The translations under genes were made by a program, and so were the position numbers. From positions 180,777 through 244,776 of the forward strand of contig CAKZRQ010000012.1 in assembly GCA_937146645.1 (NCBI GenBank): a DNA stretch of 64,000 nucleotides, read 5' to 3'. The stretch comes from an uncultured Cyclobacteriaceae bacterium (GTDB lineage: Bacteria > Bacteroidota > Bacteroidia > Cytophagales > Cyclobacteriaceae). A model generated the notes under the pieces. It was not told where the DNA came from. It searched no databases and saw nothing but the letters and a program-made list of their open reading frames with translations. Shown piece by piece: positions 48,701 through 57,670 of this stretch. The first letter of the stretch is position 1; each line of letters begins with the position of its first letter.

Positions 48701-49460
48701 CGCATTCGGCATCTGCAGACTTTCCATCCTGCCTGTTTATTCAGCTCCTACGTTTGACTCCTTTCTCGTTTCTCAACTACTTTTTGGCGAATGCTATCAG
48801 GTCACTGCATTGACGCCTGATAGAAAATGGTTTAAAATTCATCAAGAGGACTCCGAAATCTCTGGTTGGATTACGAGTGACTCCTTGAAGGAAATCCCAA
48901 AGGATGACTATTTAAAATTGAACGGTGGAGATTATCAGGTGGTAAATAGTCCTATTGCCGCCATCGAATACCAAGGAACGAACCTTTATTTGCTTCCTGG
49001 TAGCCGATTGCACTTCTCAGAGATTGAGCTTTTTAATTGGAAAGATCACGTGGGATTTACTGGTTCAGTCCGAAGTCATCGGCAGCGAGCTAGTCGAGAG
49101 GATTTGATTGAAGTGGCTTTGAAGTATTTAAATACACCCTTTCAGTCTGGAGGTAGAAGTATTTTCGGTATGGATCATCGATGGTTTTTCCCACTTGTTT
49201 TTTCGATCTCAGGATATACCCTGCGATTGAGCAGACATATGGGGGAGTTAATTGAGGAAGAGGAAGTGATGCCTGGAGATTTCTTGAGCCTTCTCGATAC
49301 CTCAAGCAATCAGCTTGGATTGTCACTTTATTTGGGTGCCGAGCAGGTCCTTTGGATGGATAATAAAGTCAAGGTCAGTGATACTTTTGAGTGGGAAAGA
49401 CAGGCCACGAACAATTACGCAGAGGAGGCCGTTTGTGAAACAAGATCTATTTTAGAGTGA
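48663..49460 (+). CDS. SH3b + NlpC/P60-like protein with the catalytic residues apparently substituted (pseudo-peptidase)
   Basis: The N-terminus GICRLSILPVY...LLFGECYQV...WFKI...GWI is typical of Bacteroidota SH3b-NlpC/P60 proteins. In the C-terminal domain YLNTPFQSGGRSIFGMDHRWFF aligns with the family motif YLxxPYxWGGxxxxGxDCSGF, but His (49176-49178) replaces the nucleophile Cys and no HVGI/IHA-type His motifs are visible. Confidence 0.6.
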   Translation: MPKEKFKEWPLIDAFGICRLSILPVYSAPTFDSFLVSQLLFGECYQVTALTPDRKWFKIHQEDSEISGWITSDSLKEIPKDDYLKLNGGDYQVVNSPIAAIEYQGTNLYLLPGSRLHFSEIELFNWKDHVGFTGSVRSHRQRASREDLIEVALKYLNTPFQSGGRSIFGMDHRWFFPLVFSISGYTLRLSRHMGELIEEEEVMPGDFLSLLDTSSNQLGLSLYLGAEQVLWMDNKVKVSDTFEWERQATNNYAEEAVCETRSILE

Positions 49461-49461
49461 T

Positions 49462-49971
49462 ATGGATAAGCGGGTTTTGGTATTGAATTTAGATCATTCA
49501 CCGGTATCGGTGGTCTCGGTGCAGAAAGCCATCGTCCTATGCTTAATGCAAAAGGCAAACTGCCTCAAAAATTATGATTTGCTACAAATCAGGACAGTTA
49601 CTCGAAGTTTTGATTACCCAGCAGTTATTCGGCTAAATGAGTATAAGAATATCCCCTACAAAGGGGTAATGCTCAATCGAGCCAATATTTTCAGAAGAGA
49701 TAAATATCAGTGCGTGTATTGCGGTAGCCCAAAGCAGCTAACCATAGATCACGTGGTTCCCAAATCAAAGGGAGGAAAAAGCACCTGGACCAACTTGGTT
49801 ACTGCTTGCCACCGATGTAATGTCAAAAAAGGCGACAAGTTCCTGGAACAAGCCGGTATGAGTCTGAGAATCAAACCATTTAAACCGTCGCTTTCCTATT
49901 TTTTAGGTGAGTACGCGGAGTACAATGCTGAAGAATGGGTTCCATTCTTGCAAGTGAGAGCCTTGAGTTGA
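49462..49971 (+). CDS. HNH endonuclease
   Basis: 169 aa. Zinc and HNH core CVYCGS...LTIDHVVPKSKGGKSTWTNLVTACHRCNVKKGDK. The start is 1 nt after the preceding stop. Confidence 0.8.
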   Translation: MDKRVLVLNLDHSPVSVVSVQKAIVLCLMQKANCLKNYDLLQIRTVTRSFDYPAVIRLNEYKNIPYKGVMLNRANIFRRDKYQCVYCGSPKQLTIDHVVPKSKGGKSTWTNLVTACHRCNVKKGDKFLEQAGMSLRIKPFKPSLSYFLGEYAEYNAEEWVPFLQVRALS

Positions 49972-50068
49972 TTCCTTTGAAATTTTACAATATCTTGAAA
50001 ATCAATACTTTAAATTCATTTTTCTGCTAGGCTAGACTTTTTGGCAAAGAAATTGCCGCTTAGTGGGC

Positions 50069-50515
50069 ATGAAGATTTCTATTCTAAGCACGTTCGTACT
50101 TTGGCTTATGCTAAGCTCAAGTCAGTACCAATATCAAGATCTGGTAGGCGATTGGCAATTGGTTTATTTTGATGGAATCGAGAGAGTAAAGTCCTCGCCA
50201 GAGTATCAAAGCCGAGGCCCGGAATTCAGAAGTGGGGTAGAAGCCAAAATTAAATTTCGACTTGAAAACACAGTTTACAAATTCAAATCAGGAGACACTC
50301 TTGAGTATACAGACTTTGTAAAACAGACGATCGTCCTGAAGAAAGCTAAGATCGAATTGGCTCAGGGAAACATCATCAATATTCACGAGGATGGAAAGAC
50401 CAAACAGGCGGAGATCATAGAATTGGATGATGAGAGAATGGTTCTTCAGCCCATTAGCAAATCAGCAGGAGCTGGAAAGCTAGTATTCGAAAGAATACAT
50501 GAGAAAGAAGAATAA
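50069..50515 (+). CDS. Hypothetical exported small protein (lipocalin-like?)
   Basis: ATG 50069 gives the signal-like N-terminus MKISILSTFVLWLMLSSSQ (the track uses GTG at 50063). GDWQLVYFDG is reminiscent of lipocalin-like domains. Weak call. Confidence 0.3.
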   Translation: MKISILSTFVLWLMLSSSQYQYQDLVGDWQLVYFDGIERVKSSPEYQSRGPEFRSGVEAKIKFRLENTVYKFKSGDTLEYTDFVKQTIVLKKAKIELAQGNIINIHEDGKTKQAEIIELDDERMVLQPISKSAGAGKLVFERIHEKEE

Positions 50516-50536
50516 ACACCCTTAATTTATATGTAG

Positions 50537-50565
50537 AGCGACAGAGAGATTTGTCGCTTTTTTTT
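50537..50565 (+). terminator. Rho-independent terminator
   Basis: Stem AGCGACA (50537-50543) pairs with TGTCGCT (50552-50558) around an 8-nt loop, followed by T7 (50559-50565). Confidence 0.75.
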
Positions 50566-50567
50566 AT

Positions 50568-51170
50568 TTACAGGTCCAGGGACATTTGTCTTTTCAGCAA
50601 GGTGAAGCTTTGCCTATGCCATTTGCAATCCCCATGTTCTTTGATACCTGCTCTATGTGCTTGGGTGGGATAGCCGGCATTCGTCTCCCATCCATAATAC
50701 GGGAATTCTTTTGAAAGCTTCTCCATGAATTTATCCCTTGCCACCTTCGCCAAAATGGAAGCTGCTGCAATGCTGGCATATTTTCCATCTCCTTTAATTA
50801 CACATGTATGTGGCGTCTCCAAATCTGACTTCCATCTATTTCCGTCAATCAGAAGGTGTTCAGGATCCGTTTTAAGCTGTTGAACAGCCCTTTTCATGGC
50901 TAGAAATGAAGCATTCAGAATATTGATTTTATCGATCTCTTCAACGCTAGCTTCTCCTATGGCCCAAGCGAGTGATTCTTCTTTGATAATATCCACTAGA
51001 GACTCACGATTGGATTTGGTCAGCTTCTTTGAATCATTAATCCATTTATTCGAGAAATCTTGGGGGAGAATCACCGCCGCCGCCATAACCGGCCCAGCTA
51101 GGCAACCTCGACCTACTTCATCACAGCCCGCTTCGAGACGATTAGCTTCTAAATAGGGGAGCAGTGTCAT
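50568..51170 (-). CDS. rnhB: Ribonuclease HII
   Basis: GCDEVGRGCLAGPV (DEVGRG catalytic motif), DSKKL and IAAASILAKV. It overlaps the upstream gene end by 29 nt. Confidence 0.9.
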   Translation of the reverse strand: MTLLPYLEANRLEAGCDEVGRGCLAGPVMAAAVILPQDFSNKWINDSKKLTKSNRESLVDIIKEESLAWAIGEASVEEIDKINILNASFLAMKRAVQQLKTDPEHLLIDGNRWKSDLETPHTCVIKGDGKYASIAAASILAKVARDKFMEKLSKEFPYYGWETNAGYPTQAHRAGIKEHGDCKWHRQSFTLLKRQMSLDL

Positions 51171-53820
51171 GGTGAACTCTCTCAGCCTTTGGTTTATAGT
51201 ACTTGTAGATCAATTCGGAGACCAGTCCTGTCCAGCCTGTCTGATGGGAAGCTCCCAAACCTGAACCATTATCTCCATTGAAGTATTCGTGAAATAGCAA
51301 ATAATCCTTGAAGTGTGGGTCTTCTTGCATCTTTTTCTGTCTTCCAAAAGCCGGTCTGTGACCGTTTTCGTCTTTTTTGAAAATCTTGATCAGTCGCATT
51401 GAAATTTCCTTTGCTACCAAATCCATGGTCATGAAATTCCCTGAACCTGTTGGGTGCTCGATAGAAAAGTCTCCTCCGTAATAGAAATCAAATCTTTTCA
51501 AGGATTCGATAATGAGGAAATTAATCGGAAACCAGATTGGACCTCGCCAATTACTGTTCCCGCCAAACATTCGAGTTTCAGATTCTCCAGGAGTATATTT
51601 TACGGATAGCTTTTGGCCGTTTAAGACCATGGAATATGGGTTCTTCGCATGAAACTTTGAGAGAGACCGGATTCCAAATTCGCTTAGGAACTCATCGGAA
51701 TCGAGCATTCTTTTTAGCACACTCCGCATTCGATGACCTCTGAGTAGTGAGAAAAGTCTTCTCTTATCAAGACCTGGTTGTACCCAGCTAGAAACCAATG
51801 ATGCTAATGCAGGCTTTTCCCGTAGGAAAAACTCTAAGCGCTTTTTGAATTCAGGAAGTCCATCGAAAAGCTCTTCTCGAACTGGTTCCACCGCAAAAAA
51901 AGGAATGATGCCTACAATAGACCTCACTTTCATTTTCTCCGAAGGAGAGCCCGGAATGTGAAGCACATCATAAAAGAACTGATCTTCTTCATCCCAAAGA
52001 GAAATGGCATCTTTTGAGATGTTGTTCATGGCTCCGGCGATGTATAAGAAATGCTCGAGGAATTTTGTAGCGGAGAATTGGTAGACCTTGTTGAATTCGC
52101 AGAGGTCCAAAGAAATCCTGAGCATATTTAAGGAGAACATGGCCATCCAGGATGTGGCATCGGCCTGCTCTAATTTTCCTTTAAAATGTTCTACATGGCT
52201 TCTGTCGAATACCGAAACATTATCCAATCCAAGGAAGCCTCCTTCAAATATATTTTGACCATCGCTATCCTTTTGGTTTACCCACCAGGTGAAATTCAGC
52301 ATGAGCTTATGGAATGCTCGCTCTAGAAACTCTTGATCACCGACTCCACCATTTCTTTTTTTATCGATCTGGTAGACCCGCATTACCGCCCACGCGTGAA
52401 CCGGAGGATTGACATCAGAAAAATTCCACTCGTAGGCAGGAATTTGACCGTTAGGGTGCATGTACCACTCATTGAGTAAGAGAACGAGTTGGTTCTTGGC
52501 AAATTCCGGATCAAGTCTGGCTAAGGGAATGCAATGAAAAGCCAGGTCCCATGCTGCGTACCATGGGTATTCCCACTTATCTGGCATTGAAATGATATCG
52601 TAATTCTGCAGATGTCTCCAATTCCCATTACGCCCATCTTTCCTTGAAGCTGGTGGTTTATATCTTCCGGGATCACCTTCCAGCCATCTTTCTACATCAT
52701 AATAGTAGAACTGCTTGGACCAAAGCATGCCAGCGTAAGCTTGCCTTTGAATATTTAGTAAATCAGGATCATCTACATGCCTTTGAAGCTCCCCGTAAAA
52801 TTCATCCGCTTCTTCTTTTCTTCTTTCTATGCAATCCTCACAAATGGATAAGGGGTCTTCTGTTTCTTGATGCTGTAGCCGTAGTTTAATCGTTTTGGAT
52901 GAATTTGCTGGAATGGTCATTTTATAAATGGCCGCAGCTTTGGTTCCGTAGTCCGCGGGATTTATGCTGCTTTCATCTCCATCTACGACATAGTTATTGA
53001 TGCCGTCCTTTAGAAATTTCTTCTCGTTTGGGATTTTGTAGAGTCGCTCTCGATTCGTTTCGTTATCACAAAACTTAAGCTCAGGTTCGCCTTCGAAAGT
53101 GATGGTGTAGTTTCCAGACTTTGGACTGAAAGCCCTGATACAATTCGAAGAAGTCTTAGAGAGTTTTGGCATGAAAGGTTCATGCCCGGTAAACCAAGTC
53201 TTGCGAAACCACAAGGTAGGCATCACCCAAATTTCTCTGTCCTCATTTCCTCGATTATGTATGGTGGCCAAAGCGAATATGTCTTCAAAATCCTTTTTGG
53301 CGTACTCTATGAAAATGTCGAAATACTTATCCTCATCGAAAATACCCGTGTCCAGAATCTCATATTCAGGTTTCTTTTTACCTAGCTGGGCATTTACGAT
53401 TTCGAGTTCCTTATAAGGAAATTCTTCTTGAGGATACTTATAAAGCATCTTCATATAGCTGTGGGTGGGAGTGGAATCCAGATAGTAGTAAAGCTCCTTT
53501 ACATCTTCACCATGATTTCCTTGGTTTCCGGTCAAACCGAATAGTCGCTCTTTTATAAATGGATCTTTGCCATTCCAAAATGCCCAGGCCAAGCAAAGCT
53601 TTTGCTTGTAATCTGAAATACCAGCTATTCCCTCTTCTCCCCATCTATAGGCCTTACTTCTGGCCTCATCATGGGTCACATTTTCCCATGCAGAACCATC
53701 TGGGCTGTAGTCTTCTCGGACTGTACCCCACTGTCTTTCAGTGAGATAAGGCCCCCACTTTTTCCAATGTTTTTTGAAGTCTTTATCCTGTCTTAATCGC
53801 TTTCTTTCTGCTGACATCAA
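51142..53820 (-). CDS. GH63-like (MGH1-like) glucosidase, (alpha/alpha)6-barrel family
   Basis: 892 aa with no signal peptide. WEYPWYAAWDLAFHCIPLARLDPEFAKNQL...HPNGQIPAYEWNFSDVNPPVHAW matches my memory of the conserved core of cytoplasmic GH63-like glucosidases. Confidence 0.6.
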   Translation of the reverse strand: MMSAERKRLRQDKDFKKHWKKWGPYLTERQWGTVREDYSPDGSAWENVTHDEARSKAYRWGEEGIAGISDYKQKLCLAWAFWNGKDPFIKERLFGLTGNQGNHGEDVKELYYYLDSTPTHSYMKMLYKYPQEEFPYKELEIVNAQLGKKKPEYEILDTGIFDEDKYFDIFIEYAKKDFEDIFALATIHNRGNEDREIWVMPTLWFRKTWFTGHEPFMPKLSKTSSNCIRAFSPKSGNYTITFEGEPELKFCDNETNRERLYKIPNEKKFLKDGINNYVVDGDESSINPADYGTKAAAIYKMTIPANSSKTIKLRLQHQETEDPLSICEDCIERRKEEADEFYGELQRHVDDPDLLNIQRQAYAGMLWSKQFYYYDVERWLEGDPGRYKPPASRKDGRNGNWRHLQNYDIISMPDKWEYPWYAAWDLAFHCIPLARLDPEFAKNQLVLLLNEWYMHPNGQIPAYEWNFSDVNPPVHAWAVMRVYQIDKKRNGGVGDQEFLERAFHKLMLNFTWWVNQKDSDGQNIFEGGFLGLDNVSVFDRSHVEHFKGKLEQADATSWMAMFSLNMLRISLDLCEFNKVYQFSATKFLEHFLYIAGAMNNISKDAISLWDEEDQFFYDVLHIPGSPSEKMKVRSIVGIIPFFAVEPVREELFDGLPEFKKRLEFFLREKPALASLVSSWVQPGLDKRRLFSLLRGHRMRSVLKRMLDSDEFLSEFGIRSLSKFHAKNPYSMVLNGQKLSVKYTPGESETRMFGGNSNWRGPIWFPINFLIIESLKRFDFYYGGDFSIEHPTGSGNFMTMDLVAKEISMRLIKIFKKDENGHRPAFGRQKKMQEDPHFKDYLLFHEYFNGDNGSGLGASHQTGWTGLVSELIYKYYKPKAERVHHDTAPLFRS

Positions 53821-54021
53821 CTAATAGGCTTGAGCTAGGCGGTGAAATTAGAATTTTCCACCGATTAATAATCAAAATAGGTTATCTCTTAGACTGAAAG
53901 CTGGATTAATTGTTTTTGACGTTGAAAAATCAAGTGACCCAAAAAGAGGATGAGATCCTCAAATCTGCAAAGATTCGATAATGATAGTGCTTCCAAGTCA
54001 ACATTTCGGAAGAAAATTCTG

Positions 54022-54037
54022 TTCTACACTTGTAGAA
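54022..54037. promoter_or_regulatory. BlaI/MecI-type operator palindrome 1 (TTCTACACTTGTAGAA)
   Basis: A 16-bp dyad with TACA/TGTA half-sites, read directly, 42 nt upstream of the blaI-like ATG (54079). Confidence 0.6.
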
Positions 54038-54048
54038 GTAAAAACTTA

Positions 54049-54064
54049 TTCTACATTTGTAGAA
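54049..54064. promoter_or_regulatory. BlaI/MecI-type operator palindrome 2 (TTCTACATTTGTAGAA)
   Basis: A second near-identical 16-bp dyad, 27 bp centre-to-centre from the first, ending 15 nt before the blaI-like ATG. Confidence 0.6.
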
Positions 54065-54078
54065 GGTAATATGAAATT

Positions 54079-54447
54079 ATGAAGCTATCTAAGACAGAAG
54101 AAGAATTAATGAATCATTTATGGGGCCTGAAAAAGGCCTTCATGAAGGATTTGCTTGAAGAGTATGCAGAACCCAAGCCGGCTGCTACCACGATTTCTAC
54201 ATTGCTGAAAAGAATGGCAGATAAGAAGTTTGTGGGGTACGAGACAAAAGGAAACATGCGAGAGTATTATCCTTTGGTGAGTAAGGATTCCTATTTCTCG
54301 AATCACATCAATGGGTTGATCAAAAACTTTTTCAATGACTCACCGGGTCAGTTTGCTTCTTTTTTCACCAAGAAAACTGATTTGAGTTCTGCAGAATTAG
54401 AAGAGCTTAAAGCATTAATTGAGAAACAACTAGACCAGAAGAAATAA
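54079..54447 (+). CDS. BlaI/MecI/CopY family transcriptional repressor
   Basis: 122 aa. Winged-helix N-terminus LSKTEEELMNHLW...TTISTLLKRMADKKFV followed by a C-terminal dimerisation helix. TAATG overlap with the downstream gene. Confidence 0.8.
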   Translation: MKLSKTEEELMNHLWGLKKAFMKDLLEEYAEPKPAATTISTLLKRMADKKFVGYETKGNMREYYPLVSKDSYFSNHINGLIKNFFNDSPGQFASFFTKKTDLSSAELEELKALIEKQLDQKK

Positions 54448-56528
54448 TGGAATACTTGTTTAAATCCATATTGATCCTATTGATTTTTTTGTTGGTGCAT
54501 AGGCTTTTTCTTCAACAAGAAGCCCTTCATCGATTCAATAGATATTACTTGTTATCCGCGATACTGCTTTCATTTCTGATTCCCTTGAATACGATAGAGG
54601 TTGCAGTTGATACTGGAGTTAGCGCAGCTCAAGCTACCAACAATTTCCAAGAAGAGGTTTTTCTTCCTGAACATAACCTTCCCTTAGAATCTATCCATGA
54701 AACCCCTACCAAAGAAAAGGGAATGAATTGGGAAAGCTTAATTCTTTACGTGTATGCCTTTGGGTGTATGCTAATGTTGATTCGGTTTTGCTTTCATATA
54801 GGAATTATCTGGAATAAGATTTCCAAAAACCTTCATGTGACTTATAGGGGAGAAACTTTGGTTTTACTTCGAGAGAACAGTCTGCCTTATTCATTTATGA
54901 AGTTCATTTTCGTCAATAAAAGTGACTTTCAGGAGAATGGTATTTCTGACCCCGTCTTGTTGCATGAAATAGCACATGTAGAAGAGAGACATACACTAGA
55001 TATACTCTTTATAGAGATTTTGCTGATTCTCTTTTGGTTTAACCCTGGTCTTTATTGGGCCAAGGGCTTAATTCAATTGAATCACGAATTTATAGCAGAT
55101 AAGGAAGCACTGAAGAAAACCGATTTAGCTACTTATCAACAGCTACTCCTGAATCACCTTCAGGTTTCTACGTCGAAGTCTTTGGTCAGTGGCTTCGGTT
55201 TTTCAATAACTAAAAAACGACTTCAAATGATGGGAAAGAAAACTAAACCAACTATTCAAATCCTGAAAGTCGCACTATTAATCCCTCTTTTGGGCGCATT
55301 GGTGTTTGGCTTTAGTGAAAAGATTTATGTTTCAGAAAGCATAGAAAGTGAGGATTTGGAATCCGACTCGATTGATAATTATGTGAAAAACGAACTCTCT
55401 GTTCTCCTCTTAGGAAATGGGAATGTGGAGGTGGCCAATGTCATTCTGGATGAGGATGAGTTTGGAGCTTTTTTAGATGATAATCCTCAGATCACCTATG
55501 TAAAAATTTCGGCTGCACCAACACTGAAAATGGGCGTGATTTCAGATTTTCAAGCTTTGCTTCGGGAAAATGAAGTATATGAGATTTCTTATCAGGACCC
55601 GGTTAATGATGACAATCAAAAATATCAGGAAATCGATAAGAAGACTTTTTTTGCTGAGACCACATTTCTAATTAAGTATCCAGATGGAAAGATTTCTAAG
55701 GTTTCCTATGAAGAACTATCTGAAGAATTAAGAGAGGATCTTTTGGTACCAAAGATTTCTGCGGATCGAAAAGCTCCGACTGAAGAAAACTTAAATACCT
55801 GGGAATCCTCAGATAATCATGCACTTTGGTTGGATGGAAAAGTGATTTCTAACGCGGCCTTGGCAAATTTAGATCAGGTTAAAATCTACCATTTTTTCGA
55901 AAGTTTTGTATACCAAAATGCTCGCAGTGAGAAATTTCCGCAGGAATATCAAGTTTCTCTTTATAGCAAAGCTGCTTTCGAAGAAATGATCAACGAGGTA
56001 AAATCCGGACCCGCTGAAATGCATATTCTATTGAACTCTCCACCTGATACCGTTTATGTACAGGAGGTTCAGAATTCTGAAAAAGTTGAGAAATATCGGC
56101 GAGATGTGGAGGCTTATCATGAAAGTCTGGAAGATGGAGAGCATTTTGTTTTCAGGTCAAAGGATGAGAAAGTTGAGATTCTTGAAGCCTGGTCTGATTT
56201 AGGAGGTCGGTATTTTAAACTTTCTTCGGCAGATAAAAAGAAGGTGGCTCGTCCTCAGAGTCCATATCCGCCATTTGTAAGATTAGAGAAAGATGGAGAG
56301 GTTTATTATAAACTGAGAGAAGAGATGACTCAGGAAGAAATTGATCGCCTTCCTCCTCCACCACCACCAATGAAAGTTTCAGATTCTCTTCCACCACCAC
56401 CACCTCCTCCAGTGCAAAATCATGAATCTGATTTGCCTGCACCTCCGGCTCCAGAGCCTCCAGTGAGAGCGAAGGACGCCAAGCAGCCTGTTCCTCCTGT
56501 TCCTCCCATAAAAAAGGAAGGAAATTAA
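54447..56528 (+). CDS. BlaR1-like M56 family membrane metallopeptidase / signal transducer with unknown sensor region and Pro-rich tail
   Basis: TM helices, then HEIAHVEERH (HExxH; His codon 54963-54965) and the downstream LNHEFIADKEAL typical of M56. About 350 aa of uncharacterised extracytoplasmic sequence follows. The protein ends in poly-Pro tracts (nt ~56349-56510), only 6 codons before the stop. Confidence 0.75.
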   Translation: MEYLFKSILILLIFLLVHRLFLQQEALHRFNRYYLLSAILLSFLIPLNTIEVAVDTGVSAAQATNNFQEEVFLPEHNLPLESIHETPTKEKGMNWESLILYVYAFGCMLMLIRFCFHIGIIWNKISKNLHVTYRGETLVLLRENSLPYSFMKFIFVNKSDFQENGISDPVLLHEIAHVEERHTLDILFIEILLILFWFNPGLYWAKGLIQLNHEFIADKEALKKTDLATYQQLLLNHLQVSTSKSLVSGFGFSITKKRLQMMGKKTKPTIQILKVALLIPLLGALVFGFSEKIYVSESIESEDLESDSIDNYVKNELSVLLLGNGNVEVANVILDEDEFGAFLDDNPQITYVKISAAPTLKMGVISDFQALLRENEVYEISYQDPVNDDNQKYQEIDKKTFFAETTFLIKYPDGKISKVSYEELSEELREDLLVPKISADRKAPTEENLNTWESSDNHALWLDGKVISNAALANLDQVKIYHFFESFVYQNARSEKFPQEYQVSLYSKAAFEEMINEVKSGPAEMHILLNSPPDTVYVQEVQNSEKVEKYRRDVEAYHESLEDGEHFVFRSKDEKVEILEAWSDLGGRYFKLSSADKKKVARPQSPYPPFVRLEKDGEVYYKLREEMTQEEIDRLPPPPPPMKVSDSLPPPPPPPVQNHESDLPAPPAPEPPVRAKDAKQPVPPVPPIKKEGN

Positions 56529-57670
56529 TTTGAATAATTGAGATCTAAGCTTGCTGGTAGTTCCTGTTCCTTAGATTGATCTTCAGATGCTTCAAACTCG
56601 TATTCCGAGCAAAGCTCCATGAATTTGATTCTCCAGGAGCTTTCCCATATTCTGAATTCCTGCACTTTTCCGTCATTACTAGAATCCATTTTGGGAATTT
56701 TATGGAAATCGAATTCATGATGTTGCCTTCCTATTTTCAGAAGCTCGATCTCATTTGCATTGCAAACCTGTTCATACTGTCCTTTCACAGGGATCACCAA
56801 TACAGGTTTTCCTAAGAATAATGCTTCGCAAATGGACTCGAAGCCAGCCGTAGAAACCAAGCCTTCACATTGAGCCATTGACTCTAGAAAATTTGCTTCA
56901 TGAATAGGGTTAAGCTCTAGGTTTGGCAGGGGTCTTTGAATCTCCTTTTCTCCTTTTCTATCCCAGAATGCCTTGATTTTTATTTCTGGATTCGCACTCG
57001 CAAAAGCCATTACCTCCTCAGCGTAACCGTCGTTCACCATGTAAGCCAGGTAGAATCCTGAATTCTGAATAATTTGAGACTTAACCTTTTCCCGAATTAA
57101 GGGAGGAAAAATTCGGATATCGCCCCGTTCCTGAATTTCAGTGAAGGAAAGCGCAATTATTTCTTTAGTAAAAAGTGATGTCAGATAAGTATTTAGCCTG
57201 TAGAAATTTTTGTCAAGTCCGGATTTTTTGGGAAATGGATGGCCAGGCTGGAAACTGAGATATTGATGACCAATGACCCAATGCTTCACTTTTGGTCGGT
57301 AGGTTAGAAAATAGAGTCCACCCAGAATGTCATAGAAATTAAGAATTACATCAGGTCGTCGTTTTTTGACAAGCTTATTCAGTTTTTGAAGGCTTTTTCG
57401 ATATCGACCTGCTTTACCAAGATTGTAAGTGAGTGTCTTCCAAAGAAGAATCTTCTTACTGTTTTTGTCAGTTTTAAAGTTTGGACTATCCAGCTTATAC
57501 AAATGGGTACTGAGGCCTTCTTTAACGAATTGCGGAATTTTTCGCCTTTTGCTTTTGCCTATCACGGCGCCGACTAGTTCGTGTCCTTGCTCTTCAAGAA
57601 TTTGAGCAAGAGTTATGGCCTGAGTCATATGTCCACGACCCTCACCCTGGATAAGAAAAAGAAACTTCAT
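56525..57670 (-). CDS. GT-B fold glycosyltransferase (GT28/MurG-MGDG-synthase-like)
   Basis: 381 aa. N-terminus MKFLFLIQGEGRGHMTQAITLAQILEEQGHEL is a typical GT28-type N-domain. The C-domain has STAGFESICEALFLGKPVLVIP (nucleotide-sugar binding region). Confidence 0.6.
   Translation of the reverse strand: MKFLFLIQGEGRGHMTQAITLAQILEEQGHELVGAVIGKSKRRKIPQFVKEGLSTHLYKLDSPNFKTDKNSKKILLWKTLTYNLGKAGRYRKSLQKLNKLVKKRRPDVILNFYDILGGLYFLTYRPKVKHWVIGHQYLSFQPGHPFPKKSGLDKNFYRLNTYLTSLFTKEIIALSFTEIQERGDIRIFPPLIREKVKSQIIQNSGFYLAYMVNDGYAEEVMAFASANPEIKIKAFWDRKGEKEIQRPLPNLELNPIHEANFLESMAQCEGLVSTAGFESICEALFLGKPVLVIPVKGQYEQVCNANEIELLKIGRQHHEFDFHKIPKMDSSNDGKVQEFRIWESSWRIKFMELCSEYEFEASEDQSKEQELPASLDLNYSN

Noticed and set aside
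49462-49971. HNH endonuclease as part of a restriction-modification or phage-defence system.
   Set aside because: No methyltransferase, specificity subunit, ATPase, helicase or other defence-type partner is nearby, and the gene sits in a housekeeping operon. It is kept only as an uncharacterised nuclease (see findings).
56525-56528. Convergent genes sharing overlapping stop codons in a TTAA palindrome.
   Set aside because: The observation is real, but such 4-nt convergent overlaps are common in compact genomes. It is noted only as context for the BlaR1-like C-terminus.
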